Positions 54,164 through 64,000 of a DNA stretch of 64,000 nt are shown here, in pieces. A program made the translations under genes and the position numbers. Under the pieces are notes generated by a model that searched no databases, was not told the DNA's origin, and saw only the letters and a program-made list of their open reading frames with translations. The DNA is taken from positions 13,999 to 77,998 of the forward strand of contig CAZEDL010000007.1 in NCBI GenBank assembly GCA_964510885.1, written 5' to 3'. The DNA is from an uncultured Gammaproteobacteria bacterium (GTDB taxonomy: Bacteria > Patescibacteriota > Patescibacteriia > Magasanikbacterales > GWA2-37-8). How positions within the stretch are numbered: the first letter of the stretch is position 1; every line of letters starts with the position of its first letter.

Positions 54164-55135
54164 ATGACTACCCGAGCTCAAAATTTTACTGTTTCCGAAA
54201 CCGATATCCGCCCCCGGCTTGATATTTTTTTATCGGCCGAAGCAGACTTGAGCCGCTCCCAAATCCAAAAACTCATTAAATCAGGCCAAGTTTTGGTGAA
54301 CAATAAACCTGCCGGTAAGACCGGGCAACCTCTGCCACCGGGAGCAACGGTGACAATTACGCCAGCGCCAAATAAGACTACCACCCCTGACAGACTTAAG
54401 ACTAAAAAAACGATCGCCGCCGCACCAAATTTAAAAATTATTGCGGCGACCGACGACTATATCGTAATTGATAAACCAACCGGACTCCTGACCCACCCTA
54501 CCCTGGCCAATGAGCCAAACAGCGTTGCCAGTTTCCTCGTCAAAAAATATCCGGAATTAAAAAATGTCGGCGATGATCCGGTGCGCCCCGGCATTGTTCA
54601 CCGCCTTGATAAGGAAGCCTCGGGATTATTGGTGGTAGCCCGGACACCAGCCATGTTTGAACACCTAAAAAATCAATTTAAAAACCGCTCCATTGGTAAA
54701 GAATATACCGTACTAGCCCACGGCAAAGTCGCCAAGGATTGGGATGAGATTAAATTCCGTATTTCACGAGGTGATACTAATGAACGGATGGCCGCCCAGC
54801 CGACACTAGTGCGAGGCGAGGCCAGCACCCTCGGCAAAGAAGCTCTTACCGAATTTTTGGTCGACAAACGGTTTGTTAATTTTACCCTTTTAAAAGTCAC
54901 CATTCACACCGGCCGCATGCATCAGATCCGGGTTCACCTGCTCGCCTATAATCACCCGGTCGTAGGCGACCCCTTATACAAACAAAAAAAACGTAAATCC
55001 ATCTGGGATGCCAAATTAGGCCGCTTATTCTTGCACTGCAACCGCCTATCGTTCGTGGATTTGAATGGAGAGACCCAAGAATTCAACTCCGCTCTCCCCC
55101 CTGAACTAAGCGCATTTTTAACTACCCTAAGCTAA
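54164..55135 (+). CDS. rluD: RluA-family pseudouridine synthase with N-terminal S4 domain (RluD-like)
   Basis: S4 region RLDIFLSAEADLSRSQIQKLIKSGQVLVN. Catalytic HRLDKEASGLLVVART. Confidence 0.8.
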   Translation: MTTRAQNFTVSETDIRPRLDIFLSAEADLSRSQIQKLIKSGQVLVNNKPAGKTGQPLPPGATVTITPAPNKTTTPDRLKTKKTIAAAPNLKIIAATDDYIVIDKPTGLLTHPTLANEPNSVASFLVKKYPELKNVGDDPVRPGIVHRLDKEASGLLVVARTPAMFEHLKNQFKNRSIGKEYTVLAHGKVAKDWDEIKFRISRGDTNERMAAQPTLVRGEASTLGKEALTEFLVDKRFVNFTLLKVTIHTGRMHQIRVHLLAYNHPVVGDPLYKQKKRKSIWDAKLGRLFLHCNRLSFVDLNGETQEFNSALPPELSAFLTTLS

Positions 55136-55145
55136 CCCGATTGTT

Positions 55146-55754
55146 ATGGATTCTTCAGCTCAGCACCGCGGCCTACTCGTCATTATCTCTTCCCCATCAG
55201 GCGGCGGCAAAGATTCGGTTATCAACGCGCTATTAAAAATCTTCCCGAGCTCCACCCGCTTTATCACCACCACTTCACGCCCCCCTCGCCCAGGCAACCG
55301 CGAAGGCGTTGATTATTACTTTATCAGCCCAGAAGAATTTCAACGTCGCATCGAACAACAAAAATTTCTAGAATGGAATTTTTATGCTGGCAATTACTAC
55401 GGCACCGAAGCCAAACACCTGGCTGACCTACAAACCAAATTCGATTTGATTCTCACCCAGATCGAAGTCAACGGCAAACACCACCTTGATCAGGCCGGAG
55501 TCGAAAACCTGTCCATCTTCCTTCTGCCAGAAAGCCTCGAGACCCTCGGCAAACGCATCGCTGCTCGCGGCGGCGTTAGCCCCGAATCACTGGCCGAACG
55601 CCTCGCTATCGCCAAGCAAGAAATTGCCGCTTCTTCGGACTATGATTATTGCGTAGCTAACCGCGAAGGCGCGCTAGCCGAAACCGTGGCTAAAGTTAGC
55701 GAAATTATCAAGGAACATCTGGCTAATCGCATAGGTATTGACAAAACCGCTTAA
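55146..55754 (+). CDS. gmk: Guanylate kinase
   Basis: LLVIISSPSGGGKDSVINALLK (P-loop) ... YYFISPEEFQRRIEQQKFLEWNFYAGNYYGT. Confidence 0.85.
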   Translation: MDSSAQHRGLLVIISSPSGGGKDSVINALLKIFPSSTRFITTTSRPPRPGNREGVDYYFISPEEFQRRIEQQKFLEWNFYAGNYYGTEAKHLADLQTKFDLILTQIEVNGKHHLDQAGVENLSIFLLPESLETLGKRIAARGGVSPESLAERLAIAKQEIAASSDYDYCVANREGALAETVAKVSEIIKEHLANRIGIDKTA

Positions 55755-55864
55755 ACTGGCTAGAATAAGCCGACTTTAACGCTAACTGGTTACCCGAATA
55801 TAGACACGATTAGCCACTGTCTACAGCCGTTTAACCACTTAGCCCTAACCTCTATTTAACTCAT

Positions 55865-56224
55865 ATGAGCGAAATGACCGCTAATAGCACTGCAATGCCA
55901 ACCTACAAACCAGGCATGGTGGTGAAAGTGCACCAAAAAATTAAAGAAACCAACGCCAAAGGCGAAGAGAAAGAACGTATTCAGATCTACGAAGGCACCA
56001 TTATCGCCGTCCGCCACGGCAAAGAAGCCGGCGCCACCGTCACGGTGCGCAAAGTATCCGAAGGCATCGGCGTCGAAAAAATCTTCCCGATCCTTTCACC
56101 AATGGTTGCCAAAATGGAAATCGTCAAACAATTTGCTGTCCGCCGCGCCAAACTCAACTACCTCCGCGACAAAGATTTCAAACGCAAGATGAACGAAATC
56201 AAAGACGATAAAGCCAAAAAATAA
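55865..56224 (+). CDS. rplS: 50S ribosomal protein L19
   Basis: KERIQIYEGTIIAVRHGKEAGATVTVRKVSEGIGVEKIFPILSPMVAKMEIVKQFAVRRAKLNYLR. Confidence 0.9.
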   Translation: MSEMTANSTAMPTYKPGMVVKVHQKIKETNAKGEEKERIQIYEGTIIAVRHGKEAGATVTVRKVSEGIGVEKIFPILSPMVAKMEIVKQFAVRRAKLNYLRDKDFKRKMNEIKDDKAKK

Positions 56225-56235
56225 TCTATACTTAT

Positions 56236-56267
56236 TAAAAATCTCTCGAAAAAACGAGAGATTTTTT
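56236..56267. terminator. Bidirectional intrinsic terminator after rplS
   Basis: aaaaATCTCTCGaaaaaaCGAGAGATtttttt. Confidence 0.75.
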
Positions 56268-56291
56268 ATTAGGTACTTTTTTTAGACACTA

Positions 56292-56663
56292 TTATTCTGT
56301 TACTAACGAAGGCTGGCGTGCCTCAAAATTATACGAATTAATGATTTCTTGCCGCCCTTCAACATCGATATGAAATGTCTCACCAACTTTTTCTAAAACC
56401 CCACTTACCCGTGATTCATTTCTGGAGTGATAGGCATTATCAGGTCCTAACTGGATAAGATTGAGAGAAACTCTGTCGCCAATAAAAGCATCTAAATCAG
56501 AAAATTTTCTAATTTCAGTAGGTTTTTCTGCCATCTCTGGCACATCGTCTATCCTTAACTCTACAGTTCCGGCAACTTCTTTTACTCCACCAGACTGCTT
56601 TTTATCACCTTTATTAAACCAGGCCATTTCTTCTGAAGAGAATCCGGCGGCTTTTTTTTCCAT
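56292..56663 (-). CDS. Hypothetical protein (~123 aa)
   Basis: The ORF is trimmed to MEKKAAGFSSEEMAWF to avoid a 22-nt overlap with the uvrA stop. No family match. Confidence 0.4.
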   Translation of the reverse strand: MEKKAAGFSSEEMAWFNKGDKKQSGGVKEVAGTVELRIDDVPEMAEKPTEIRKFSDLDAFIGDRVSLNLIQLGPDNAYHSRNESRVSGVLEKVGETFHIDVEGRQEIINSYNFEARQPSLVTE

Positions 56664-56701
56664 AGATTTGTTATTAAAAATAAAGATATTTACATTGTAA
56701 A

Positions 56702-59485
56702 TTACAAAAACCGTCCTGTCCAACTCGTCTTAACCTTCTTAACCTCTTCCGGTGTTCCCACCGCCACAATCTCCCCTCCCCCATTCCCACCCTCCGGACC
56801 AAGATCAATCACCCAATCACTGGAACGAATCACATCCACATTATGTTCAATAATGACAACACTGTTCCCCTTATCAACCAACTGTCCAAGCACCTGGAGC
56901 AACCGCTTAATATCTTCGAAATGAAGCCCAGTGGTCGGTTCGTCCAAAATATACAGCGTCTTACTGGTCGCATGGCGCGATAATTCCAGTGACAATTTAA
57001 TACGCTGCGCCTCACCGCCAGACAAAGTCGTAGCCGGCTGCCCGAGTTCAATATACCCAAGGCCAACATCACGCAAGACATTCAATTTTTCCGCGATTGG
57101 CGACAGGTCGCGGAAGAAAGCATACGCTTCTTCCACCGTCATTTTCAACACGTCACTAATATTTTTATTGCGATAATGAATTTCGAGCGCCTCACGATTA
57201 TAGCGTTTACCCTGGCATTCGGCGCACTCCACATACACATCAGCCAAAAATTGCATCGGGATGCGGATATACCCATCCCCCGAACAGGCTTCACAGCGCC
57301 CACCACCTTTGACATTAAAGCTGAATTTGCCAGCATCATAGCCGCGCATCCGCGCTTCGGGCAGCGAAGCAAACAAGTCACGGATCAAATTAAAGATACC
57401 GGTATAGGTCGCCGGATTACTGCGCGGCGTGCGCCCGATTGGGCTCTGATCGATGCTAATTACTTTATCAATTTGGGACAATCCTTTGATCGCTTTGTGG
57501 GCGCCCGGCTCTTCTTTGGCGCGATAAAAATATTTAGCCAACGCCTTACTTAAAATATCAATAATCAATGTTGATTTACCTGATCCGGACACACCAGTAA
57601 TCGATACCAGTTTGTTAAGGGGAATATCGACATCGATATTTTTTAGGTTATGCGCACTCGCACCAACAATTGTCAGACATGGCTGAGCCGCGCCCTTTTT
57701 GACCGACTTCTTCTTGCGAGTAATCGTAGCCTTACCCCACAGATATTCAGCCGTTAGAGATTGTTTAGATTTCTTAAATTCAGCAATCGTACCTTGCGCC
57801 ACCACCTGCCCGCCATACACGCCGGCACCCGGCCCGATATCGATGATATAATCCGCTTCGTACATCATAGCTGCATCATGCTCCACCACAATCACCGAAT
57901 TCCCAAGCTCCATCAGATACCGAAGCGTAGCCACCAGCTTTTCATTATCTCGCGGGTGCAGGCCAACCGACGGTTCATCAAGAATATAAATCACGCCGGT
58001 CAGACCAGATGACAATTGGGTAGCCAAGCGGACACGCGTAATTTCACCACCCGACAAAGTGTTCATCGCCCGATCAAGATTCAAATACCCAAGGCCGACC
58101 CGCTCTAAATTCGTCAGCCGCGGCGTCATTTCTTTCACAATCGAAATAGCAATCGGCGACTTACAATCTTTCATCTTTGCTTTAATCGTGGCAATAATCT
58201 CGGTGATGCTCATGGCCGCAATATCCGAAATGGTTAAATCACCAATCCGAACGGCGAGCGATTCAGCGCGCAGGCGTTTGCCTTGGCATACCGAGCACAC
58301 CTTCTCGCGCATATACTGCTCAATCTCTTTGCGCACATATTCAGAACTAGTCTCCAGATGTTTCGCCATCAGGTCAGGAATCACGCCCGAGAACACCACC
58401 TTGCGCCCATCCACCTCATACGATTCTTCGCCTGATCCATACAAAATAACATTTAAAATTTTCGGCGACAGATCCATCACCGGGGTCTGCAATGAAAACT
58501 GATGGCGTTCGGCCACGGCCGCCAATATTTTTTGATACTGCTGATGATTGCCAGTGATGCGCGTCCACGGCTGAATGGCACCTTCCGCCAGCGTGAGGCG
58601 CATATTGGGTATCACGAGGGCGGCATCCACTTCCATAGTAATCCCGAGCCCTGTGCAGCGCTGGCAAGCCCCATAGGGGCTATTAAAGCTAAAACTACGC
58701 AAATCTAATACTGGCAGGCTGCGCCCGCAGCGACTACATAATCCAACCGTAGAAAACAAAGTGTCTTCGCCATCGCGCGACACCACCACGAGCCCATCAC
58801 TGAGATCAATCGCTGATTCAATCAGCCGATTCGGATCCTGCTTTTTTACCGAAGCAATCCGGCCAATTAATAAATCCACAGTATAGGTGGATTGCTTATC
58901 AAAATGATACCCGGGCAGATCATTGATCTTCACTAGCTCACCATCAATCCGGAGCCATTCAAAACCCGATTTTTCTACTTGTTCTATCAGCGCTCGCTCG
59001 TCGACTGCTCCCTGGCGGATAAGCGGTGAATACACGGCCAATTCGCCACCCCGCGCCAAGGCACGCACCGCTTCAGTGATCTCTCCGGCCGTTTTAGTCT
59101 CGACTAAAATATGGCAATCCGGACAATACTGCGTACCCACCCGCGCAAAGAGCAAGCGCAAGTAATCATAAATTTCCGTCACCGTTCCCACCGTGGAGCG
59201 CGGATTCTGGGTGAAAACTTTTTGATCAATCGCAATAGTCGGCGACAACCCCTCCATCGCATCCACGTCCGGCTTATCCCGCGTTTCCATAAATTGCCGC
59301 GCATAGCTCGACAATGATTCAGCATAGCGCCGCTGGCCTTCGGCATAGATCGTGTCGAACGCCAAACTTGATTTACCTGATCCGGACAAACCAGTGATCA
59401 CCACTAATTTATTCTTTGGGATAGTTAAACTGATATTTTTGAGGTTGTGCACCCGGGCTCCTTTGATAATGAGCTGTTCAGACAT
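56702..59485 (-). CDS. uvrA: Excinuclease ABC subunit A
   Basis: MSEQLIIKGARVHNLKNISLTIPKNKLVVITGLSGSGKSSLAFDTIYAEGQRRY, two ABC modules, Zn-finger Cys clusters. 927 aa. Confidence 0.95.
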   Translation of the reverse strand: MSEQLIIKGARVHNLKNISLTIPKNKLVVITGLSGSGKSSLAFDTIYAEGQRRYAESLSSYARQFMETRDKPDVDAMEGLSPTIAIDQKVFTQNPRSTVGTVTEIYDYLRLLFARVGTQYCPDCHILVETKTAGEITEAVRALARGGELAVYSPLIRQGAVDERALIEQVEKSGFEWLRIDGELVKINDLPGYHFDKQSTYTVDLLIGRIASVKKQDPNRLIESAIDLSDGLVVVSRDGEDTLFSTVGLCSRCGRSLPVLDLRSFSFNSPYGACQRCTGLGITMEVDAALVIPNMRLTLAEGAIQPWTRITGNHQQYQKILAAVAERHQFSLQTPVMDLSPKILNVILYGSGEESYEVDGRKVVFSGVIPDLMAKHLETSSEYVRKEIEQYMREKVCSVCQGKRLRAESLAVRIGDLTISDIAAMSITEIIATIKAKMKDCKSPIAISIVKEMTPRLTNLERVGLGYLNLDRAMNTLSGGEITRVRLATQLSSGLTGVIYILDEPSVGLHPRDNEKLVATLRYLMELGNSVIVVEHDAAMMYEADYIIDIGPGAGVYGGQVVAQGTIAEFKKSKQSLTAEYLWGKATITRKKKSVKKGAAQPCLTIVGASAHNLKNIDVDIPLNKLVSITGVSGSGKSTLIIDILSKALAKYFYRAKEEPGAHKAIKGLSQIDKVISIDQSPIGRTPRSNPATYTGIFNLIRDLFASLPEARMRGYDAGKFSFNVKGGGRCEACSGDGYIRIPMQFLADVYVECAECQGKRYNREALEIHYRNKNISDVLKMTVEEAYAFFRDLSPIAEKLNVLRDVGLGYIELGQPATTLSGGEAQRIKLSLELSRHATSKTLYILDEPTTGLHFEDIKRLLQVLGQLVDKGNSVVIIEHNVDVIRSSDWVIDLGPEGGNGGGEIVAVGTPEEVKKVKTSWTGRFL

Positions 59486-59487
59486 AT

Positions 59488-60924
59488 TTAATCGTGTGAA
59501 ATGCCAAACTTTTTAAAATATACATCCTGATCTTTCTGAGTACTGCTTCCAAAAAACTGACTAATGTCGCTAATTTTTGCCGCTTCAATTTGCATAAGCA
59601 CGCCATCGCGGACATCTTCCACTTTCAAAAAATAACTATTGGGAATATCTTTCCAATGCTGAGCAAAAAAGAAATCGTCCCCTAAATCTTCACCCAACCT
59701 ACCAATAAAATGTCGTTGTCCTCGGCCAATATGGAAGCTCTCATTCATAAAAAAAGACACAACCAAACCCCGAAACGTACCACCCTTAACCTCACAATCT
59801 TTAACGGCTTTATCGAGTATGTCATTATCAACACTTACAACAAAATTTTGTAGTTTTTCATCTACATTTGAAGGCTTCAACCCAAGCGAAGCAATTGACG
59901 AATTAGTCATCGACACTGAAAAACTAGTAGTTTGCGTACAAATCCCGTAGAGATCACCGATACTATTGACAGGCGGATCATTCCATTCACGCGTAAGAAA
60001 ATCTGGAAATAATTCTTTGGCCAAAGAATTATGAGTTACCGTTATAAAAATATTGCCTTCTTGACAGCTATATTCATTACTGCGCGCATCAAAAAGACAT
60101 GATGAATTTTTATTCCCCTTACGGTCGCAATAATCACCCCAACATGTTTGCTTGCCTAAATCTTTTACATAAAAACGCTTACCACAATAAAAGTTACGCT
60201 CATTTTTATCTTCCGGCCTCTCATTGAAAAATGTTGCACTGTATCTAATATCCGACGGAGGATTTTCAATCGGCAGCGACTGCGCTTCGGTACCTCGCGC
60301 AAAAGCGAAACTTTGAAGATTCTTTATCTTATCTGACATTTGCGAACAAAATTTCGGCATAATTGCCTGTGGCTTCAGCATCCACACGCTCGGCAACCGG
60401 AAATTCACCAAATTGGGATTAATCGTATTGAGTATCACATACGACATGTAGGCAATAAACAGCCCAATCAGCGCGCCCCCAATCCGCGTCTTCGCACCGC
60501 TAATCACTTCAGAACTGCCTCCCGAAACTGCCCATTGGATCCCAGACACAATCAGCACAATTACCGCCACCACCCCCGCAAGGCCAATCGCATACCGGTA
60601 CATCTGTAGAATAAACACACCAAGATCAGCAAATTTGCGCTGGCCGCCAAACGAAATAGAGGTTACGGTTTGCCCACCCGGCAGACATTTACCCCACTCT
60701 TCACCCGGACAATTTTTCAGGTCCGGCACCCAGCCATCTTTTAAATCTTCGTCAGAAGCGTTCGGATTAAACGCGCGCCGAGAATCAACACAGTCATTTT
60801 TCTTCCAACACAGCGGATTAAACTCCGGTATAGGTATAAGCGGTTCCTGTGCCAATGCCAACCCTGGCAGCAGTGTGGCGAGCACTATACCCACCAAAAA
60901 ACCTGTCAAAATAAATCTCCGCAT
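59488..60924 (-). CDS. Hypothetical secreted/membrane protein with Cys-rich extracytoplasmic regions and a central 2-TM hairpin
   Basis: Signal peptide MRRFILTGFLVGIVLATLLPGLALAQ. CWKKNDC...NCPGEEWGKC. TM pair VFILQMYRYAIGLAGVVAVIVLIVSGIQW / GALIGLFIAYMSYVILNTI. Later C-rich stretch CGKRFYVKDLGKQTCWGDYCDRKGNKNSSC. The start is moved to the second Met to avoid overlapping the upstream gene. Confidence 0.5.
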   Translation of the reverse strand: MRRFILTGFLVGIVLATLLPGLALAQEPLIPIPEFNPLCWKKNDCVDSRRAFNPNASDEDLKDGWVPDLKNCPGEEWGKCLPGGQTVTSISFGGQRKFADLGVFILQMYRYAIGLAGVVAVIVLIVSGIQWAVSGGSSEVISGAKTRIGGALIGLFIAYMSYVILNTINPNLVNFRLPSVWMLKPQAIMPKFCSQMSDKIKNLQSFAFARGTEAQSLPIENPPSDIRYSATFFNERPEDKNERNFYCGKRFYVKDLGKQTCWGDYCDRKGNKNSSCLFDARSNEYSCQEGNIFITVTHNSLAKELFPDFLTREWNDPPVNSIGDLYGICTQTTSFSVSMTNSSIASLGLKPSNVDEKLQNFVVSVDNDILDKAVKDCEVKGGTFRGLVVSFFMNESFHIGRGQRHFIGRLGEDLGDDFFFAQHWKDIPNSYFLKVEDVRDGVLMQIEAAKISDISQFFGSSTQKDQDVYFKKFGISHD

Positions 60925-60935
60925 AAAATGTAGAG

Positions 60936-61694
60936 CTAAAAACCTTGTAAAAATGTATCCCACACGGCAAATGGGATCACCCCTTCTACTTTTTCTCCGT
61001 TGATAAAAAAGGTCGGGGTCCCGCGCACGCCAAAGCGGGAACCATCCACATAATCACGATTCACTGCCGTACGTGCTGCCGGCGCTGCCAGACAGGCCGA
61101 CAACACAGCCCCATCAAGATCATTAGCCTCGACAATCTGGAGTTGGGTAGCCGCATCAAGCTGATCAGGCAAGATATCCTGCTTTGCAAACAACCAATCC
61201 TGCACCGGCCAATACTTGCCCTGAGCGCCAGCGCAATAAACCAATTCCGACAACTGCGAGGCTCCCGGATGGGTAGTCTCTACCGGAAAATGGCGCATAA
61301 TATATTTAATTTTAGTTGGGTATTTTTGCAAAATCTGTTTAATTATCGGGGCTGCCTCTCTGCAATTGGGGCATTTAAAGTCAGTAAACTCGACAATCGT
61401 AAGCGGCGCCCCGCCATTGCCCTGATACGGACTGCTTGTATTCTCCAAAATCGCCCGCTCTGTAGCAGATAGTACGGAAGTCCGCAGGCTGTCGGCTTGA
61501 TTCCCAGTACTAAAGCCGGCAAAAAGGCCCTGTGACAAGCCGGTAGACTGACCACTTCGGATGTCACGCCAAAATCGAGCTGTAATCAAGATGAACAAAA
61601 AAACGGCCGTCGCTACAAAGACTGCTAAAATTAGCAATAAAATCCCCCACCACCGCCAATACCATGAGCGAGGTACCGAGGTCATTTCCTCCAT
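60936..61694 (-). CDS. DsbA-like thiol-disulfide oxidoreductase with N-terminal TM anchor
   Basis: Thioredoxin-fold CxxC active site TDFKCPNCREAAPII. N-terminal TM WWGILLLILAVFVATAVFLFILI. Confidence 0.75.
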   Translation of the reverse strand: MEEMTSVPRSWYWRWWGILLLILAVFVATAVFLFILITARFWRDIRSGQSTGLSQGLFAGFSTGNQADSLRTSVLSATERAILENTSSPYQGNGGAPLTIVEFTDFKCPNCREAAPIIKQILQKYPTKIKYIMRHFPVETTHPGASQLSELVYCAGAQGKYWPVQDWLFAKQDILPDQLDAATQLQIVEANDLDGAVLSACLAAPAARTAVNRDYVDGSRFGVRGTPTFFINGEKVEGVIPFAVWDTFLQGF

Positions 61695-61753
61695 ATTTAA
61701 GCGGTTAAAGAATGACCATAGTATACCATTCTACCCCATTTGGGCAAGGGTTA

Positions 61754-61782
61754 TTGACAGCCTCGGCCCGCTCTGCTATACT
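61754..61782 (+). promoter_or_regulatory. Consensus sigma70 promoter for rpmE
   Basis: TTGACA-17nt-TATACT. Confidence 0.7.
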
Positions 61783-61843
61783 CGTCGTACCTAAATAAAG
61801 CCTCTATATTTTACTACTGGTGCCACCGGCATCATCGCTTATT

Positions 61844-62152
61844 ATGAAACCGAAGATCCATCCTGAATTTTATACTGATACCGCTGTCACCTGTGCCTGC
61901 GGCAATGCCTTTACCACCGGCAGCACCCTCAAAGAAATCCGCGTGGAATTATGCAGCCAGTGCCACCCGTTCTACACCGGTAAACAGAAATTTGTAGATA
62001 CCGCCCGCCGCGTCGAGAAATTCCAAGAAAAAGCCGAAAAAATTTCCGCAGCCGCTGCTATGCGCAAAGGTAAGAAGGTTAAGAAAGCCGCTTCAGTAGC
62101 CAAAAAGAAAGCTAAGGCTGAGACAAAAACAGACGTCGCTTCCGAAAAATAG
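61844..62152 (+). CDS. rpmE: 50S ribosomal protein L31 with a Lys-rich C-terminal extension
   Basis: [48 protein letters not shown]. The ORF track starts earlier; it is trimmed here to the canonical MKPKIHP. Confidence 0.9.
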   Translation: MKPKIHPEFYTDTAVTCACGNAFTTGSTLKEIRVELCSQCHPFYTGKQKFVDTARRVEKFQEKAEKISAAAAMRKGKKVKKAASVAKKKAKAETKTDVASEK

Positions 62153-62164
62153 GTACCATCATCT

Positions 62165-62196
62165 AAAAAACAGACTACTCTTTTGGTCTGTTTTTT
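62165..62196 (+). terminator. Intrinsic terminator after rpmE
   Basis: aaaaaaCAGACtactcttttgGTCTGtttttt. Confidence 0.7.
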
Positions 62197-62231
62197 GTTA
62201 CATTTTAGGTGTCATTCCGAGATAAGACAAA

Positions 62232-63321
<1,090 letters not shown>

Positions 63322-63335
<14 letters not shown>

Positions 63336-64000
63336 ATCAAAAACCGAGAGCATTCGAGGTGTGCGGAACAGCTCGTTTTCAACCTTCAAACATCAGCTCG
63401 ATTTTGATGTTCTCTTGTCAGCGGCGCTTAAACGCTCCAAAGAGTTTCTCTACGCTCACGACGAATACTGCCTATCGGCGGCCGAAACTCGGCGCTTCAA
63501 ATCCTACCTAAAAGACTACACTAACGGTTACTCCCTGGCCGCCATTATCGGACATAAAGAATTTTATGGCCGGAATTTTTATGTTAATAAGCAGGTGCTT
63601 ATCCCCCGCCCCGACACCGAAATACTGGTCTTGGCCGCTATCACAAAAATTAATTCCCTGGCCGACAAAAACCTGACCCTGATTGATGTCGGCACCGGCA
63701 GCGGCTGTATTCCAATTTCTATAAAAAAAGAGGTGAACAAAAAAAATATCCCTACCATTGCAATTGATATTTCCCCGGCCGCCCTTACTATAGCCAAAAC
63801 TAACGCCAAGCAGCGCGCTACGAAAATATCATTTGTACAGGGCAGCCTGCTCTCGCCGGTACTTAGTACCACAAACAAAAAATTAAAATCTTCAACCATT
63901 ATTATCACCGCCAATCTCCCATACCTAACAGAAAAACAGCTCCGCTCCGAGCCCTCAATCCGGCGCGAACCCCGCCTCGCCCTCGTTGCCAAAGACCATG
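63322..64000 (+). CDS. prmC: Release-factor glutamine N5-methyltransferase (PrmC/HemK), 5' part; the gene continues past the window end
   Basis: Manual translation from ATG 63322 (14-nt overlap with prfA): ...[33 protein letters not shown]...[15 protein letters not shown]. No stop before 64000. Absent from the ORF track because it is open-ended. Confidence 0.8.

Noticed and set aside
63579-63992. 137-aa minus-strand ORF
   Set aside because: It is antisense to the clearly recognisable PrmC/HemK coding sequence ([25 protein letters not shown]... in-frame from 63322).

Overview
This window reads as a moderate-GC (~45-50%) reduced bacterial genome, most consistent with a CPR/Patescibacteria-type organism. 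The evidence is dense housekeeping content and a broken ribosomal-protein gene order: secE-nusG-rplK is not followed by rplA, and rplJ-rplL sit elsewhere with their own promoter. A four-helix-bundle TIGR02436-like gene and many short hypothetical membrane proteins fit the same picture. Recognisable genes include:
- ribosomal proteins L7/L12, L10, L28, L11, L19, L31 and S2, plus EF-Ts, SecE, NusG, RF1 and a partial PrmC;
- three aminoacyl-tRNA synthetases (ArgRS, TyrRS, ValRS) and an AspRS lacking the GAD insertion;
- GyrB, UvrA and ScpA/ScpB;
- lower glycolysis: GAPDH, PGK, enolase and two tandem diverged iPGM paralogs;
- a mixed set of metabolic, RNA-modification and cell-envelope enzymes: UMP kinase, NDK, GMK, QueA, RluD-like, RlmI-like, MltG, PAP2 phosphatase, a sugar-phosphate nucleotidyltransferase, D-Ala-D-Ala carboxypeptidase, M50 protease, bactofilin, a YegS-like lipid kinase and a multi-TM histidine kinase;
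- two tRNAs: tRNA-Leu(GAG) and an unusual tRNA-Ile with a UAU anticodon.

The accessory content worth a second look is:
1. A compact five-gene minus-strand operon: alpha/beta hydrolase, ThiF/E1-like adenylyltransferase with an N-terminal extension, PaaK/CapK-like adenylate-forming enzyme, Leu/Phe-type amino-acid dehydrogenase and a double-domain nitroreductase. It looks like an uncharacterised amino-acid activation or modification pathway.
2. Two high-GC, high-GC3 islands that appear foreign. One encodes a Pro-rich membrane protein, the other a lipoprotein. Each has a host-like consensus promoter and its own GC-rich terminator.
3. Several families of intergenic palindromic repeats: a REP/BIME-like ATTCCC-N8-GGGAAT-GACAA family including a four-unit tandem array, a GGAAGC/CCAAGC-rich family around secE-nusG-rplK that also flanks the four-helix-bundle gene, and a long palindrome duplicated behind each iPGM gene.
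4. A secreted Cys-rich 81-aa peptide with its own terminators.
5. A DsbA-like oxidoreductase immediately upstream of a Cys-rich membrane protein and uvrA.

No CRISPR array, reverse transcriptase, transposase or rRNA was seen.
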